Positions 1-11,367 of a stretch of DNA of 64,000 bases are shown here, piece after piece. The position numbers and the translations under genes are program-made. The stretch is from Candidatus Magasanikiibacteriota bacterium. Lineage in GTDB: Bacteria > Patescibacteriota > Patescibacteriia > Magasanikbacterales > GWA2-37-8. The DNA is taken from NCBI GenBank assembly GCA_963840935.1, contig CAWJAS010000001.1, forward strand, positions 128,875 through 192,874. The letters are read 5' to 3'. The stretch's first letter is position 1; every line of letters starts with the position of its first letter. The notes under the pieces are model-generated. The model was not told the origin of the DNA. It did no database searches and was given only the letters and a program-made list of their open reading frames with translations.

Positions 1-2
1 TT

Positions 3-935
<933 letters not shown>

Positions 936-964
936 TAATTTCATCTTCAAATAATAAAAAAAAT

Positions 965-3900
965 ATGTATCGCGACACACAAAAAACTTTAAATTTTGAT
1001 GCCATTCGTTTAAAAATAGCTTCTCCCGAAGTTATTCGCGGGTGGTCGCACGGCGAAGTGCGCAAACCGGAAACAATTAATTATCGCACCCAAAAACCGG
1101 AAAAAGGCGGTTTGTTCGCCGAAGAAATTTTTGGTCCGACCAAGGATTGGGAGTGTTATTGTGGAAAATATAAAAAAATCCGCTACAAAGGAATTGTCTG
1201 CGATAAATGCGGAGTGGAAGTTACCACTTCTTTAGTCAGACGCGAGCGAATGGGTCATATTGAATTGGTTACGCCAGTGGCGCATATTTGGTTTTTACGT
1301 TCAGTTCCAAGCAAAGTCGGATTGGTTTTGGATTTGTCGGCGCAAGCTTTGGAAAAAGTTATTTATTTTGCTTCTTTTATTATTACCAATGTTGATGAAG
1401 TCGGTAAAAAGCAGACATTTGATTTGCTTAAACAAGAATTCAAAAGCAAAAAGAAGCAGATTGAGAATGAATATAATGTTGCCGTTAAAAAAGCCAACGA
1501 GGATAAAGCCGGCGCCAAAGCGATGGATGCCATTCGCGACGAGTACGAAAGAAAAACAAAAGCGCTGGAAGCTGATTTTCAAGCGGCGGAAAAAGAACTG
1601 CGTGAAATTAATGTTTTACATATTATTTCCGAAAATAAATATCAGGAGTTGTCTTTGCGCTATGGCCATTTATTTGAGGCAAAAATCGGAGCCGAATCTG
1701 TTTTTGAACTTTTATCAAGAGTTAATTTGGCAGAGACAATAAAAAAATTAAGTGAAGAACAATTGACGGTAAAAGGAGCCAAGCTCGAGCGAATAATCAG
1801 AAGAAAAAAATTATTAAAAAGTTTATTGATGAATGATATCAGACCGGAATGGATGGTTATGAAATGTATTCCGGTTATACCTCCGGATTTGCGACCAATG
1901 GTCGCGCTTGACGGTGGTCGGTTTGCTACCTCTGATTTGAATGATTTATATCGCCGTGTTATTAACCGCAACAATCGCTTGGCCAGATTAGTCGAATTAA
2001 ACGCGCCTGAAGTTATTTGCCGAAATGAAAAACGTATGTTGCAAGAAGCGGTTGATGCTTTGATTGATAACAACGCGCGCCACGCAAAAACAGTAACCGC
2101 CTCAACCGGTCAAAAGCGTCAATTGCGATCTTTGGCCGATATTTTGAAGGGGAAACAAGGCAGGTTCCGTCAGAATTTGCTCGGTAAAAGAGTTGATTAC
2201 TCCGGTCGTTCAGTTATCGTTATCGGACCGAATTTAAATATTGATGAATGCGGTTTGCCAAAAAGAATGGCTTTGGAATTGTTCAAGCCTTTTATTATGG
2301 CGCAAATTATCAAACGAGAATTGGCTCACAATGTTAGAAGTGCCGGCAGATTTATCGAATCGGAAAAAGATGAAGTTTGGGATATTTTGGAAGAATTAAC
2401 CAGAACCACCAGAGTATTGTTAAATCGCGCCCCGACCCTGCACCGTTTGGGTATTCAGGCTTTTCATCCGCGCTTGGTTGAAGGCAACGCCATTCAACTG
2501 CACCCGTTAGTGTGTACTGCTTTTAATGCCGACTTTGATGGTGACCAAATGGCTGTTCATTTACCGCTTTCCAAAGAAGCCAAGGCTGAGGCGGAAAATT
2601 TAATGGCCGCGGAAAAAAATATTTTGAAGCCTGCCACCGGTTCACCGGTAATTACGCCTAACCAGGATATCGTTCTTGGGTGTTTTTATCTTACTCGCAT
2701 CAATGAAAACAATGAGCAGAAGCGTAAGCATTTTTCCAATGAAAAAGAAGCGATGTTCGCCTATAAAAATAGAATTATCGGTTTGCAGGAATTAATAAAA
2801 GTCAGGTTTACGGATTTGACAAAATTCCCTAGCAACGAAGGTGAACTGATTGAAACAACAATCGGCAGAATGATTTTCAATTCCGTATTGCCGGATAAAA
2901 TGGCTTATTATAATGAAGTGGTTGGTAAGAAAAAATTAAGCAGTATTATCTCGTTATTTTTGGAATTCTATGGCCAAGAAAAAACCGCTTTATTTTTGGA
3001 TGAATTAAAAAATCTTGGGTTTAGATACGCCACCAAATCCGGTTATTCGTTGGGTATGGACGACTTCCCCAAGGTGGTTGAAAAAGACGCTATTATTAAA
3101 GAAGCGGAAAATACCATTCGTTTGGTTGAAGAACAATATCAGGAAGGTTTGCTCACTCAGGCCGAAAGACACGCTAAAATAATTGAAATTTGGACTGAAA
3201 CAAAAGATAAAGTTGTGGCCGGTAATCAATTTACATTAAGCAAAGATAGTTCGGTTTACGCCATGATTGAATCCGGTGCCAGAGGCTCTTGGGGGCAACT
3301 CGGCCAAGTTATAGGCATGAAAGGTCTCGTCGCTTCACCTTCGGGGGACATTATGGAATTGCCGGTTAAAGGCAACTTTAAAGAAGGGTTTAATTCGCTG
3401 GAATATTTTATTTCTTCACACGGCACCCGCAAAGGCTTGTCTGATACCGCTCTCCGAACATCGGGCGCCGGTTATCTGACCCGTCGTTTGGTGGACGTTT
3501 GCCAAGATGTGGTAGTGCTTGAAGAAGATTGTGGCGACACAATCGGAGAAATATTCACAGCCACGCAATCTCAAGAGATGGGTGAACAATTGGCCGACCG
3601 CATTTGGGGCAGATACGCCATGGAAAATATCAAAGTCGGCAACAAAATATTGGTTAAAGCAGGCGAAATTATTGACGATAAAGCCGCTCGTGAAATTGCC
3701 GCCAATAAGATTGAATCGGTTCATGTCCGTTCTGTTTTGCAATGCAAATTGCCGAAAGGAGTTTGTCAAAAGTGTTATGGTTTCGACCTGTCATACAATA
3801 AACCGGTTTCTCTCGGCACTGCTGTTGGTGTTATTGCCGCTCAATCAATCGGCGAGCCCGGCACCCAGCTTACTTTGAGAACTTTTCACACTGGTGGTGT

Positions 3901-4834
3901 GGCCGGTTCGGATATCACTCAAGGTTTGCCTCGAGTTGAAGAATTATTTGAATGTCGCAATCCCAAACACCAGGCGACTCTTGCTGATGTTGAAGGCACG
4001 ATTGAAATCGAAGACGCTGACGGAAAAATTATTACTTCGCCTTCAGGCAAAAAAATATTTGAAGGACGCCGTGGCCAAAAAATAATCAAAATTCTTTTCG
4101 AAGGCATGGATGAAACAAAAATTAAATTTACGGCTGAAGACGAATTGCTGGTGAAAGATGGCGAGATGATTGATACCGATGCCGTAATTTTGGTGCGCGG
4201 TTCATCCGGCGATGAAATCAAAGCCAAATACCCGAGCCAGATTAAAGTTGGCAAAAATACCGTGACGCTGTCATATAATGGCCCAAAAGTTCGTGAATAT
4301 ATTATTCCACTCGGGTATAAGTTGTATGTCAAAAACGGCCAGAAAGTGGAAAAAGGCGAGCAACTCACGGATGGTTCGGTAAATTTGCATGAATTATTTG
4401 AATTAAGAGGAAGACCCGCCGTACAAAGATATATTTTGGAAGAAGTCCAGAATATTTATTCTTCGCAAGGTCAGAAAGTAAACGACAAACACATGGAATT
4501 GATTATCAGGCAAATGTTCAGTCGTGTTTATGTGGAGGATGCGGGTGATACTGATTTATTGCCGGGTGAAGTGGTTGAAAAAGCGCAGTTGGAATTTTCT
4601 AATCGGCAGACTTTGAAAGATGGCGGTAAAGAATCAGCCGGTCGGGAATTATTGCTTGGTATTTCGCGCGTTTCCCTCTCCACGCAAAGCTTTTTGTCGG
4701 CAGCGTCGTTTCAAGAAACCGCCCGCGTGCTTATTAACACGGCTATAACCGGCAAGATTGATTACCTGGAAGGATTAAAAGAAAATGTAATTATCGGTCG
4801 CTTAATTCCATCGGGTACGGGTTTTCGAGGGTAA
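965..4834 (+). CDS. rpoC: RNA polymerase beta' subunit
   Basis: NADFDGD catalytic motif, N-terminal Zn finger, 1289 aa. Confidence 0.99.
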   Translation: MYRDTQKTLNFDAIRLKIASPEVIRGWSHGEVRKPETINYRTQKPEKGGLFAEEIFGPTKDWECYCGKYKKIRYKGIVCDKCGVEVTTSLVRRERMGHIELVTPVAHIWFLRSVPSKVGLVLDLSAQALEKVIYFASFIITNVDEVGKKQTFDLLKQEFKSKKKQIENEYNVAVKKANEDKAGAKAMDAIRDEYERKTKALEADFQAAEKELREINVLHIISENKYQELSLRYGHLFEAKIGAESVFELLSRVNLAETIKKLSEEQLTVKGAKLERIIRRKKLLKSLLMNDIRPEWMVMKCIPVIPPDLRPMVALDGGRFATSDLNDLYRRVINRNNRLARLVELNAPEVICRNEKRMLQEAVDALIDNNARHAKTVTASTGQKRQLRSLADILKGKQGRFRQNLLGKRVDYSGRSVIVIGPNLNIDECGLPKRMALELFKPFIMAQIIKRELAHNVRSAGRFIESEKDEVWDILEELTRTTRVLLNRAPTLHRLGIQAFHPRLVEGNAIQLHPLVCTAFNADFDGDQMAVHLPLSKEAKAEAENLMAAEKNILKPATGSPVITPNQDIVLGCFYLTRINENNEQKRKHFSNEKEAMFAYKNRIIGLQELIKVRFTDLTKFPSNEGELIETTIGRMIFNSVLPDKMAYYNEVVGKKKLSSIISLFLEFYGQEKTALFLDELKNLGFRYATKSGYSLGMDDFPKVVEKDAIIKEAENTIRLVEEQYQEGLLTQAERHAKIIEIWTETKDKVVAGNQFTLSKDSSVYAMIESGARGSWGQLGQVIGMKGLVASPSGDIMELPVKGNFKEGFNSLEYFISSHGTRKGLSDTALRTSGAGYLTRRLVDVCQDVVVLEEDCGDTIGEIFTATQSQEMGEQLADRIWGRYAMENIKVGNKILVKAGEIIDDKAAREIAANKIESVHVRSVLQCKLPKGVCQKCYGFDLSYNKPVSLGTAVGVIAAQSIGEPGTQLTLRTFHTGGVAGSDITQGLPRVEELFECRNPKHQATLADVEGTIEIEDADGKIITSPSGKKIFEGRRGQKIIKILFEGMDETKIKFTAEDELLVKDGEMIDTDAVILVRGSSGDEIKAKYPSQIKVGKNTVTLSYNGPKVREYIIPLGYKLYVKNGQKVEKGEQLTDGSVNLHELFELRGRPAVQRYILEEVQNIYSSQGQKVNDKHMELIIRQMFSRVYVEDAGDTDLLPGEVVEKAQLEFSNRQTLKDGGKESAGRELLLGISRVSLSTQSFLSAASFQETARVLINTAITGKIDYLEGLKENVIIGRLIPSGTGFRG

Positions 4835-4847
4835 AAAATATTTAATA

Positions 4848-4878
4848 AAAAAATCCCCCTTTTTCGGGGATTTTTTTG
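4848..4878 (+). terminator. Intrinsic terminator after rpoC
   Basis: aaaaaatcccc-cttttc-ggggatttttt hairpin with T tract. Confidence 0.8.
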
Positions 4879-4953
4879 TTTAGCTTGATTGAGAATAGTA
4901 TTTATTATAAGATAAAAGCTGGGATTGCTTTTTTGTTCTAGTGTTTTAATGTT

Positions 4954-5095
4954 TTTGCCTATGTCCGGTCATTCTAAATGGCACCCCAGTCATCAAAACC
5001 TTCGGTTTTGAGACGGGGCGAGACTCAGACATTAATTATTATTCCAATATATCCACTACATTCATTTGCCTATGTCCGGTCATTCTAAATGGCAC
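4954..5095 (+). repeat. 31-bp direct repeat of the yebC start region (4954-4984 and 5065-5095) flanking a hairpin
   Basis: tttgcctatgtccggtcattctaaatggcac occurs twice, identical. Confidence 0.95.
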
Positions 5096-5797
5096 AATAT
5101 ACAAGCGAGGAAAGGAAAACAAGATGCTTTAAAAAGCAACGTTTTTTCAAAGCTTTCCAAAGTAATATCTGTTTCCGCTCGCGGGGGTAGTGACCCGGTT
5201 ATGAATTTTTCATTGCGTTTGGCCATAGAAAAAGCCAAATCAGCCGGCATGCCCAAAGACAATATTGATCGCGCGATAAAAAAAGGTGCCGGAGAAACCG
5301 GAGGCGCGCAGATGGAAGAAGTATTATATGAGGCTTATGGACCGGGTGGTGTTGCCATTATTGTCAAAGGAATTACCGATAACAAGAATCGAACTTTACA
5401 GGAAGTAAAACATATATTATCCAAAAATGGTGGTTCGCTTGGAAATGCCGGGGCGGTTCTTTGGATGTTTGAACAATTTGGTTTTACAACTGTTACTTCT
5501 GATACAATAGAAAAAATCGGCCGAGATGAATTAGAGTTGGCGTTGATTGATGCCGGTGCCGAAGATATTAAGAACGGCGATGAAAATATGGTTGAAATAA
5601 AAACAAAAGTTGAAAATTTCAAAAAAATAATGGATAAGCTAAAGGAATTAGAAATCGAGCCAAGAGAGTCCGGACTTATTTGGGAAGCTAAAGATAAGAT
5701 AGATGTGTCGGAAGATGTGCGGATGAAGCTTGAAAATATATTTTCGGAATTTGAATCCAATGACGATATTGATGATTGGTACACTAACGCTGAATAA
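5072..5797 (+). CDS. yebC: YebC/PmpR family protein
   Basis: MSGHSKWHNI start, YEAYGPGG motif, next to ruvC. Confidence 0.97.
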   Translation: MSGHSKWHNIQARKGKQDALKSNVFSKLSKVISVSARGGSDPVMNFSLRLAIEKAKSAGMPKDNIDRAIKKGAGETGGAQMEEVLYEAYGPGGVAIIVKGITDNKNRTLQEVKHILSKNGGSLGNAGAVLWMFEQFGFTTVTSDTIEKIGRDELELALIDAGAEDIKNGDENMVEIKTKVENFKKIMDKLKELEIEPRESGLIWEAKDKIDVSEDVRMKLENIFSEFESNDDIDDWYTNAE

Positions 5798-5798
5798 T

Positions 5799-6299
5799 AT
5801 GAATGGAGAAATAATTATTGGTATCGACCCGGGTTATGGCAGAATTGGCTATGGTGTTATTGAAAAATTGAAAGGAAGGGAGTGGAGAGCGCTTGATTAC
5901 GGTTGTATTGAGACACCGGTTAATGGAGTTTTCATTGATCGAATTGCCGAACTTCATAAAAAATTATTAAAATTAATAAAAACGTACAAGCCCACGAGAA
6001 TGGCGGTTGAGGATTTGTTTTTTTTCAAAAATGCAAAAACCGCAATAAAAGTAGGGCAGGCAAGGGGAGTGATTCTTCTTACGGCGGTTGAAAATAATTT
6101 AGCGGTTGATGAATTTACCCCGCTTCAGGTGAAGCAAGCGATAACCGGCTATGGCAAGGCGGAAAAAGCGCAAATGCAAAAAATGGTTGCCACTATATTA
6201 GGGGTAAAAGAAAAAATAAAATCAGATGACGCGGCAGACGCGCTGGCCGTGGCCTTATGCGCCGGCCAAAGTCTTTGGAAGAAGAAATTAAAAGAATAA
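5799..6299 (+). CDS. ruvC: Holliday junction resolvase
   Basis: IIGIDPG, GYGKAEKAQM and DDAADALAVA motifs. Confidence 0.97.
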   Translation: MNGEIIIGIDPGYGRIGYGVIEKLKGREWRALDYGCIETPVNGVFIDRIAELHKKLLKLIKTYKPTRMAVEDLFFFKNAKTAIKVGQARGVILLTAVENNLAVDEFTPLQVKQAITGYGKAEKAQMQKMVATILGVKEKIKSDDAADALAVALCAGQSLWKKKLKE

Positions 6300-6337
6300 T
6301 GGTTAAAAATTATAGTTTTGGTGTATAATTATTAAAT

Positions 6338-7177
6338 ATGGCCATCACGCACGAGCGAAAAGTCGAAAAATTTTATTCTCATGGTTCAAAAAGACGGTCG
6401 CAAATAGCCGGTGGTTTTTTATCGTTCGGTTATTGGGATAACGATACAAAAGATTATTATGAAGCAGCCGAAAAATTGGTAGATTTTTTTCTTTCCGAAG
6501 CTAACATAGATAATCCTGAAAATATTTTGAATGTTGCTTGCGGTTATAGCGCAGAATCATTTAGATTTTTTGAAACAATTAAGCCAAAGCAGATGCGCTG
6601 TATTGATATAACACAAGCGCACATCGATTATGCAAAAAATATTGCCAAAGAAAAAAATCTCGAAGATAGGCTCATATTTGAAAAAAAAGATGCCTGCCGG
6701 ACGGGTTATCCCGATAATTTTTTTAGCCATATTTTGGGAATTGAGGGACCGGCCCATTTTCGAACCAGAAAAGATTTTTTTCGTGAATGTTATCGTTTAC
6801 TGAAAGAAAAAGGCAAATTAATGATTACTGATATTATTTTTGACCCGACCGCCTCAAAAAAGAATTTTATATTGAATAAATTAACCGAATTGGGGTCGCA
6901 GAGATGGCACATGCCGAAAGAGAATTGGGCAAATATAGAAGGCTATTGCGAGCAACTTCGCGAGGCCGGGTTTAAGGTGGAAAAAGTATTAAAAATTGGC
7001 GATAAAGTTTTTCCGGCTTTTGCCAGATATAATACCCGAATTAAGTCAATTGTTCGCGGTGTTAAAACCAGAGGTTTTTTTATTGGGATAGGGCTTTCAT
7101 TCATTTCTTGGCTTTTGGGCTTTGGCTACAGGCATGGAGTGATTGACTATGTTTTTATAAAAGCCGAAAAAATTTAA
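6338..7177 (+). CDS. SAM-dependent methyltransferase (sterol/tocopherol-MT-like)
   Basis: FGYW, ILNVACG, YRLLKEKGKLMITD motifs. Confidence 0.8.
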   Translation: MAITHERKVEKFYSHGSKRRSQIAGGFLSFGYWDNDTKDYYEAAEKLVDFFLSEANIDNPENILNVACGYSAESFRFFETIKPKQMRCIDITQAHIDYAKNIAKEKNLEDRLIFEKKDACRTGYPDNFFSHILGIEGPAHFRTRKDFFRECYRLLKEKGKLMITDIIFDPTASKKNFILNKLTELGSQRWHMPKENWANIEGYCEQLREAGFKVEKVLKIGDKVFPAFARYNTRIKSIVRGVKTRGFFIGIGLSFISWLLGFGYRHGVIDYVFIKAEKI

Positions 7178-7232
7178 TTTTACAATAAAAAACCGCCCGA
7201 ATATTTTCGAGCGGTTTTTATATTTTTTATTT

Positions 7233-7808
7233 TTAGTAATTTTCCGTCCAAACTTCAAAGTAAGCTTGAGGATGAAGGCATGACGGGCATTTTTCTAACG
7301 CTTTGTCTCCCTCATGCAAATAACCGCAATTTCGGCATTTCCAAATTATTTTATTATCTTTTACAAATACTTTTCCGCTTTCCAAATTTTCGTAAAGTTT
7401 CAAATAACGGGCCTCATGAGCTTTTTCAACCTTGGCGATATTTGTAAAAGCGTCGGCCACTTCTTTAAATCCTTCTTCTTCGGCAATTTTTGCGAATTCA
7501 GGATAAAGTTTTGTCCATTCTTCGTTTTCTCCTTCTGCCGCGGCTTTCAGGTTTTCCATGGTGGTGCCGATTTTACCGGCTGGGTACATGGCGGTAATTT
7601 CTACCATACCTCCCTCCAAAAATTTAAAAAATCTTTTGGCGTGCTCCTTTTCATTAAGAGCGGTTTCAGTGAATATGGCGCTCATTTGCTCAAGACCTTC
7701 TTTTTTTGCGACGCTGGCAAAGTAATCATAGCGCATTCTCGCCTGCGATTCGCCGGCAAAAGCTTTCAACAAGTTTTGCTCGGTTTTGGTGCCTTTTAGT
7801 GTAGCCAT
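7233..7808 (-). CDS. rbr: Rubrerythrin
   Basis: [14 protein letters not shown]-terminal CRNCG...CPSC. Confidence 0.95.
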   Translation of the reverse strand: MATLKGTKTEQNLLKAFAGESQARMRYDYFASVAKKEGLEQMSAIFTETALNEKEHAKRFFKFLEGGMVEITAMYPAGKIGTTMENLKAAAEGENEEWTKLYPEFAKIAEEEGFKEVADAFTNIAKVEKAHEARYLKLYENLESGKVFVKDNKIIWKCRNCGYLHEGDKALEKCPSCLHPQAYFEVWTENY

Positions 7809-7818
7809 AAAAAATTAA

Positions 7819-8268
7819 TTATTTAATATTATCTATTTTGTTTGTTTTGATAAAAGAAAACCAGTCTTTTCTGTCGATGAAAACTTCTCCAAGTATGGCG
7901 AATGGCAGAGTGACTAAAGTGACGATTAAAACCGTATTTATAGTAAAAATTTCGCCGGTAAGAATACTGATGGCAATTAAGTCTTCAACTACGCCCATTA
8001 CCATCCCAAAAATCATAAATTCCAAAAAAATTTCAAGATGCTTAATATATTTATTTTTACTAATTTTTGGAAGTAGATGTGTCCGATCGACAATTATTTC
8101 CCCGATTATTGCGAAAGGAATGGCAACTAAAATGGCGACGTAAACGGCTCGGGCATTGATGGTATAATCGGTCGCATAATAAATGGCGATCAAATCTTCA
8201 ATTACGCTTATAGCAATGCCAAAAATTAAGAAACCCAAAAAAATTTTTAATGATTTTTTGAGCGCCAT
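7819..8268 (-). CDS. Membrane protein with internal duplication
   Basis: Two repeats of FG...EDLIAI...PFAI.GE.; start codon uncertain. Confidence 0.7.
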   Translation of the reverse strand: MALKKSLKIFLGFLIFGIAISVIEDLIAIYYATDYTINARAVYVAILVAIPFAIIGEIIVDRTHLLPKISKNKYIKHLEIFLEFMIFGMVMGVVEDLIAISILTGEIFTINTVLIVTLVTLPFAILGEVFIDRKDWFSFIKTNKIDNIK

Positions 8269-8377
8269 TTTTAATTTAACCCTTTTAATTTTCAAAAAAA
8301 TACACACAAATTCAAAGATTTATTTATTATTTAGTTCTTTAATATTATCAAAAAATACGGGTTTTGGCCAGTATTAC

Positions 8378-9523
8378 TTATTTTTTAATATATATTCTCC
8401 CATCTCCTTTATCTACGGTAAATGAATGGTGTTTGAGTCCGGTTGTGATGTCTTCCATTTCTTCTTCAAAATTCACAATGACGTTCGCATAAGGAGCGCT
8501 CACAACAATGCCTTTTTCGAATTCTCTAAAATAAGCATTGTTTTTTTGATAATATTTGCCTTTGGGGTCGCCCAAGTCGGCGTCATATTCCGGGAACCAC
8601 CATGCCTGCCCATGGTCGCGGGGTCCAAAATCATAAGTAAAATAAGTATTATCGTTAAGCAGACTCAAAGTCAAACCAAGCCTCATTTTCTTTAGATCTT
8701 TTTGGCCGGTGTCGTCGGTGTCAACGGCATAAATAATAAAATGACTGTCGTCAGATGCTTTTAAACCGTCATCAAAATTTGCTTTTAATTGATTACCCAA
8801 TAAATTTTCCATCAAATAACCGTCAAAATATTCTTTGAACTCATCAATGTCATAAATATCTTTGCCGGCGTTGAAAACAACTAATTTATTATTGGTATTG
8901 AGCTGTTTTATTTTTGCAAAAATATTTTTTGTCGTGTCTAGCCATTCGTCATTACTGATTGATTCGGGACACCACCATTGTTTTTCCGTAATCATATCGA
9001 CAATAATTCCATCGTGTTGCGGTTGTTTTAGAACGTTGTCGTAGAATGAAACTATAAGCTCAGTCCATTTTTTATTTCTTAAGTCCATCGCATAAATTTC
9101 TTCATGCCCCCATTTGTCAGAAGCCCATCCAAACGCGCATCGTTCACCGTTAGGCTTGTGTAAATACATGTCTTCCGTTATTTCAATTGGTTTTTTTTTA
9201 TCATAATTTGCAACAGTCGTAAGAAATGACATCCAATCTTTATTATCCCATGTCCAATTTACAGATAATCCGGCCAAAAGTTTAGCTTCAGGATTGGTTG
9301 TTTTAATTTCATCCGCCTCTTCTTGCGTGAACCATCCGGACATAACAAGCGAATATGGTTTTTTGCTCGATATTATTTCCTCTTTTTTTGCTAACCAACT
9401 GGCAATTTTGGGGAAGTCAGCTTTTTTTGCCTCTGGCGATTGAGTTTGTTCTTGTTCGCATCCACATAAAAAAAATACTCCAATAATCGTCCATGTTAAA
9501 AATATTTTTTTTATTTTGGTCAT
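8378..9523 (-). CDS. Lipoprotein, putative glycoside hydrolase (GHL15-like)
   Basis: Lipobox-like LCGC; C-terminal WWFPEYDADLG...YFREFEKG. Confidence 0.6.
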   Translation of the reverse strand: MTKIKKIFLTWTIIGVFFLCGCEQEQTQSPEAKKADFPKIASWLAKKEEIISSKKPYSLVMSGWFTQEEADEIKTTNPEAKLLAGLSVNWTWDNKDWMSFLTTVANYDKKKPIEITEDMYLHKPNGERCAFGWASDKWGHEEIYAMDLRNKKWTELIVSFYDNVLKQPQHDGIIVDMITEKQWWCPESISNDEWLDTTKNIFAKIKQLNTNNKLVVFNAGKDIYDIDEFKEYFDGYLMENLLGNQLKANFDDGLKASDDSHFIIYAVDTDDTGQKDLKKMRLGLTLSLLNDNTYFTYDFGPRDHGQAWWFPEYDADLGDPKGKYYQKNNAYFREFEKGIVVSAPYANVIVNFEEEMEDITTGLKHHSFTVDKGDGRIYIKK

Positions 9524-9598
9524 AAATTTAGTGGGAGTTTGCGCGCCGGAATGGCAGACCTGTCGCGAAAATATTTAAATTTCTAATTTTTTTGCTGG

Positions 9599-10069
9599 TT
9601 ATATTTTTTCGGGTTTGGTAAGCACATATTTTTCTTTTTGGTAATCGTTTTCGTATCTTGCATTACTTACTTTTTGTATGCCGGGTATTTTTTTAACGGC
9701 TTTAAGTGAGGGTGTATTATCTAAATTGATTGTGAATATGACAGATGGCAAATTCAGGGTATCTATTATGGCGTGGGTACATTTAGCCGAGAGCCCTTGC
9801 CCTCTGTATTCCGGTCTGATGACATAGTGAATGATATTTTTATCATCCTCGGTATCATAGACGCCGACAATTCCAATTTTTTCCCCATCTTCTGCGCATG
9901 CCGTAAAATAGCGTTGATTCGTGCAGTTTTCTTGCCCGAGTGCTATCCAGCCGCCTTCTCCTTCCAGCGATTTGAAATAATCCATATCAAAGTCATCCAG
10001 CTTGATATTGTCGATTTTATTTGCTGTTTCTCGTCGTATTCCATGATTGTGCCTATGTGTTTCAGACAT
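9599..10069 (-). CDS. GNAT acetyltransferase (distal cassette)
   Basis: PEYRGQG motif A and N.PS motif B. Confidence 0.8.
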   Translation of the reverse strand: MSETHRHNHGIRRETANKIDNIKLDDFDMDYFKSLEGEGGWIALGQENCTNQRYFTACAEDGEKIGIVGVYDTEDDKNIIHYVIRPEYRGQGLSAKCTHAIIDTLNLPSVIFTINLDNTPSLKAVKKIPGIQKVSNARYENDYQKEKYVLTKPEKI

Positions 10070-10126
10070 AGTCTTTATAAAAATAAATTATCAAAATTTT
10101 ATTACAAGTAAATTCTATATAATGTT

Positions 10127-10140
10127 GCCGAATGTTATGG
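10127..10140 (-). repeat. Collapsed attC (only the two R cores remain)
   Basis: gccgaat|gttatgg, the same cores seen in intact sites. Confidence 0.5.
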
Positions 10141-10152
10141 AACGAGGTTGGA

Positions 10153-10401
10153 TTATCTGTCATTTATCCTTTTTTTATATTTAAGATATCTTACAGTACC
10201 ATAAATAAATAATACAATTCCAAAAAGTATTGAGACCAAAGCCAATATGATGGAATATATTGCGGGAACAAACTTGATTAGAAATGCTCCTAAAACTAAT
10301 AATGCGAGTGCGGTTCTCCAATATGCCAAAAGCGTTCTCTCATTTGCCAGATGAGTTCTGTCTTGTGCCAAATAATCCCTTCGCGTATATTGTTCTTTCA
10401 T
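10153..10401 (-). CDS. DUF202/YidH-like membrane protein (cassette)
   Basis: RTHLANERTLLAYWRT motif. Confidence 0.85.
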   Translation of the reverse strand: MKEQYTRRDYLAQDRTHLANERTLLAYWRTALALLVLGAFLIKFVPAIYSIILALVSILFGIVLFIYGTVRYLKYKKRINDR

Positions 10402-10462
10402 GTTTTTACTTTTTATTTTGTTAGTTAAATAATAATCGTCTATTAAATCCGGGCAATATTAT

Positions 10463-10545
10463 CCACAATGGGCGCGCTTATCCAATCGTTTCGCCCGGGC
10501 ACGAACTTTATGCTCGGGCGGGATGTTGGATAATCGTTGTTCGGC
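10463..10545 (-). repeat. attC site
   Basis: ccacaat-gggcg-cgcttatccaa...ttggataatcg-tt-gttcggc; homologous to 15792-15875. Confidence 0.85.
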
Positions 10546-10551
10546 GATGTC

Positions 10552-10669
10552 GTCGAATGTATCTGTATATTCGAATTTTTTTGCTTCTCTTTCATATTAT
10601 ATCAATAAAGAGTAAAGAAGCAAAAAATTGGGTGGAGTAAGCGAATGTATTGTTCTTCAGGCGTTAGCC
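10552..10669 (-). repeat. Degenerate attC site
   Basis: gtcgaat-gtatc start, long hairpin (ttttttgcttct/agaagcaaaaaa); right end uncertain. Confidence 0.55.
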
Positions 10670-10762
10670 TGCCGGCGATTTAGCCAGCAAAAAAGTGCTT
10701 TTGGGGAATTGGGGAAGCCATATTTCTGGCTTCCCCGTGTTGTGAATTGGATCATAGATTTG

Positions 10763-10945
10763 TTACTCCTCCTTTTTTTTCTTTTGCTCTAATTCCGGAA
10801 TGAGCGAAACATTTGCGTTTATGCCACAGAAAGGGCAACCATCTTCGTTTGGAGAAAATGTACGTCCACAACAATGACACATATGGCTGTCTGGTGTGAT
10901 AGCTTCGGTCGCTATCATATTTAACAATTGTTTAATCGCATGCAT
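10763..10945 (-). CDS. Small zinc-ribbon protein
   Basis: CHCCG...CPFCG; SD aaggagg; downstream hairpin. Confidence 0.7.
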   Translation of the reverse strand: MHAIKQLLNMIATEAITPDSHMCHCCGRTFSPNEDGCPFCGINANVSLIPELEQKKKKEE

Positions 10946-11013
10946 ACCAATCCTCCTTTTTTGATTTCATGAATCCAATTCCCTAAAAGTATTTTTTTAA
11001 AGAGCAATGTTTT

Positions 11014-11180
11014 TGATAGTGTATCCCGGCATGCAAAGTTCGCTTTGTAGATTTATTGACTATTGTTTGGACACCCGAATACTATTTTAGCTGGTTTTCG
11101 TTAAAATTGACACTTAATTAAGAAAAGCGAGTTTAGGGAAAAGGCGAGCCGAGCCTTTTCCCGGATATTAGGCGTTATGC
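11014..11180 (-). repeat. attC site with degenerate left core
   Basis: Homologous to 13372-13519; ends gttatgc. Confidence 0.65.
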
Positions 11181-11240
11181 GAAGGTGGGCGCACCGTCCT
11201 CGTTGCGTTTTCTCTCATCTTATTTTTTGCGGTCGTGGAC

Positions 11241-11360
11241 TTGACAGAATAGCTGTTATCCACTATATTAAAATGTCAATAGTTGAGAAATCATCTTTAA
11301 ACAAAAAGAGTGATTTCTCGTTATCGCGAGGATCCGCTCTTTAACAAAACCCAAAGGAGG
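11241..11360 (+). promoter_or_regulatory. Sigma70 promoter, boxA-like motif and SD
   Basis: TTGACA(11241)-17 bp-TATATT; cgctctttaaca; aaggagg. Confidence 0.7.
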
Positions 11361-11367
11361 CGTAAAA

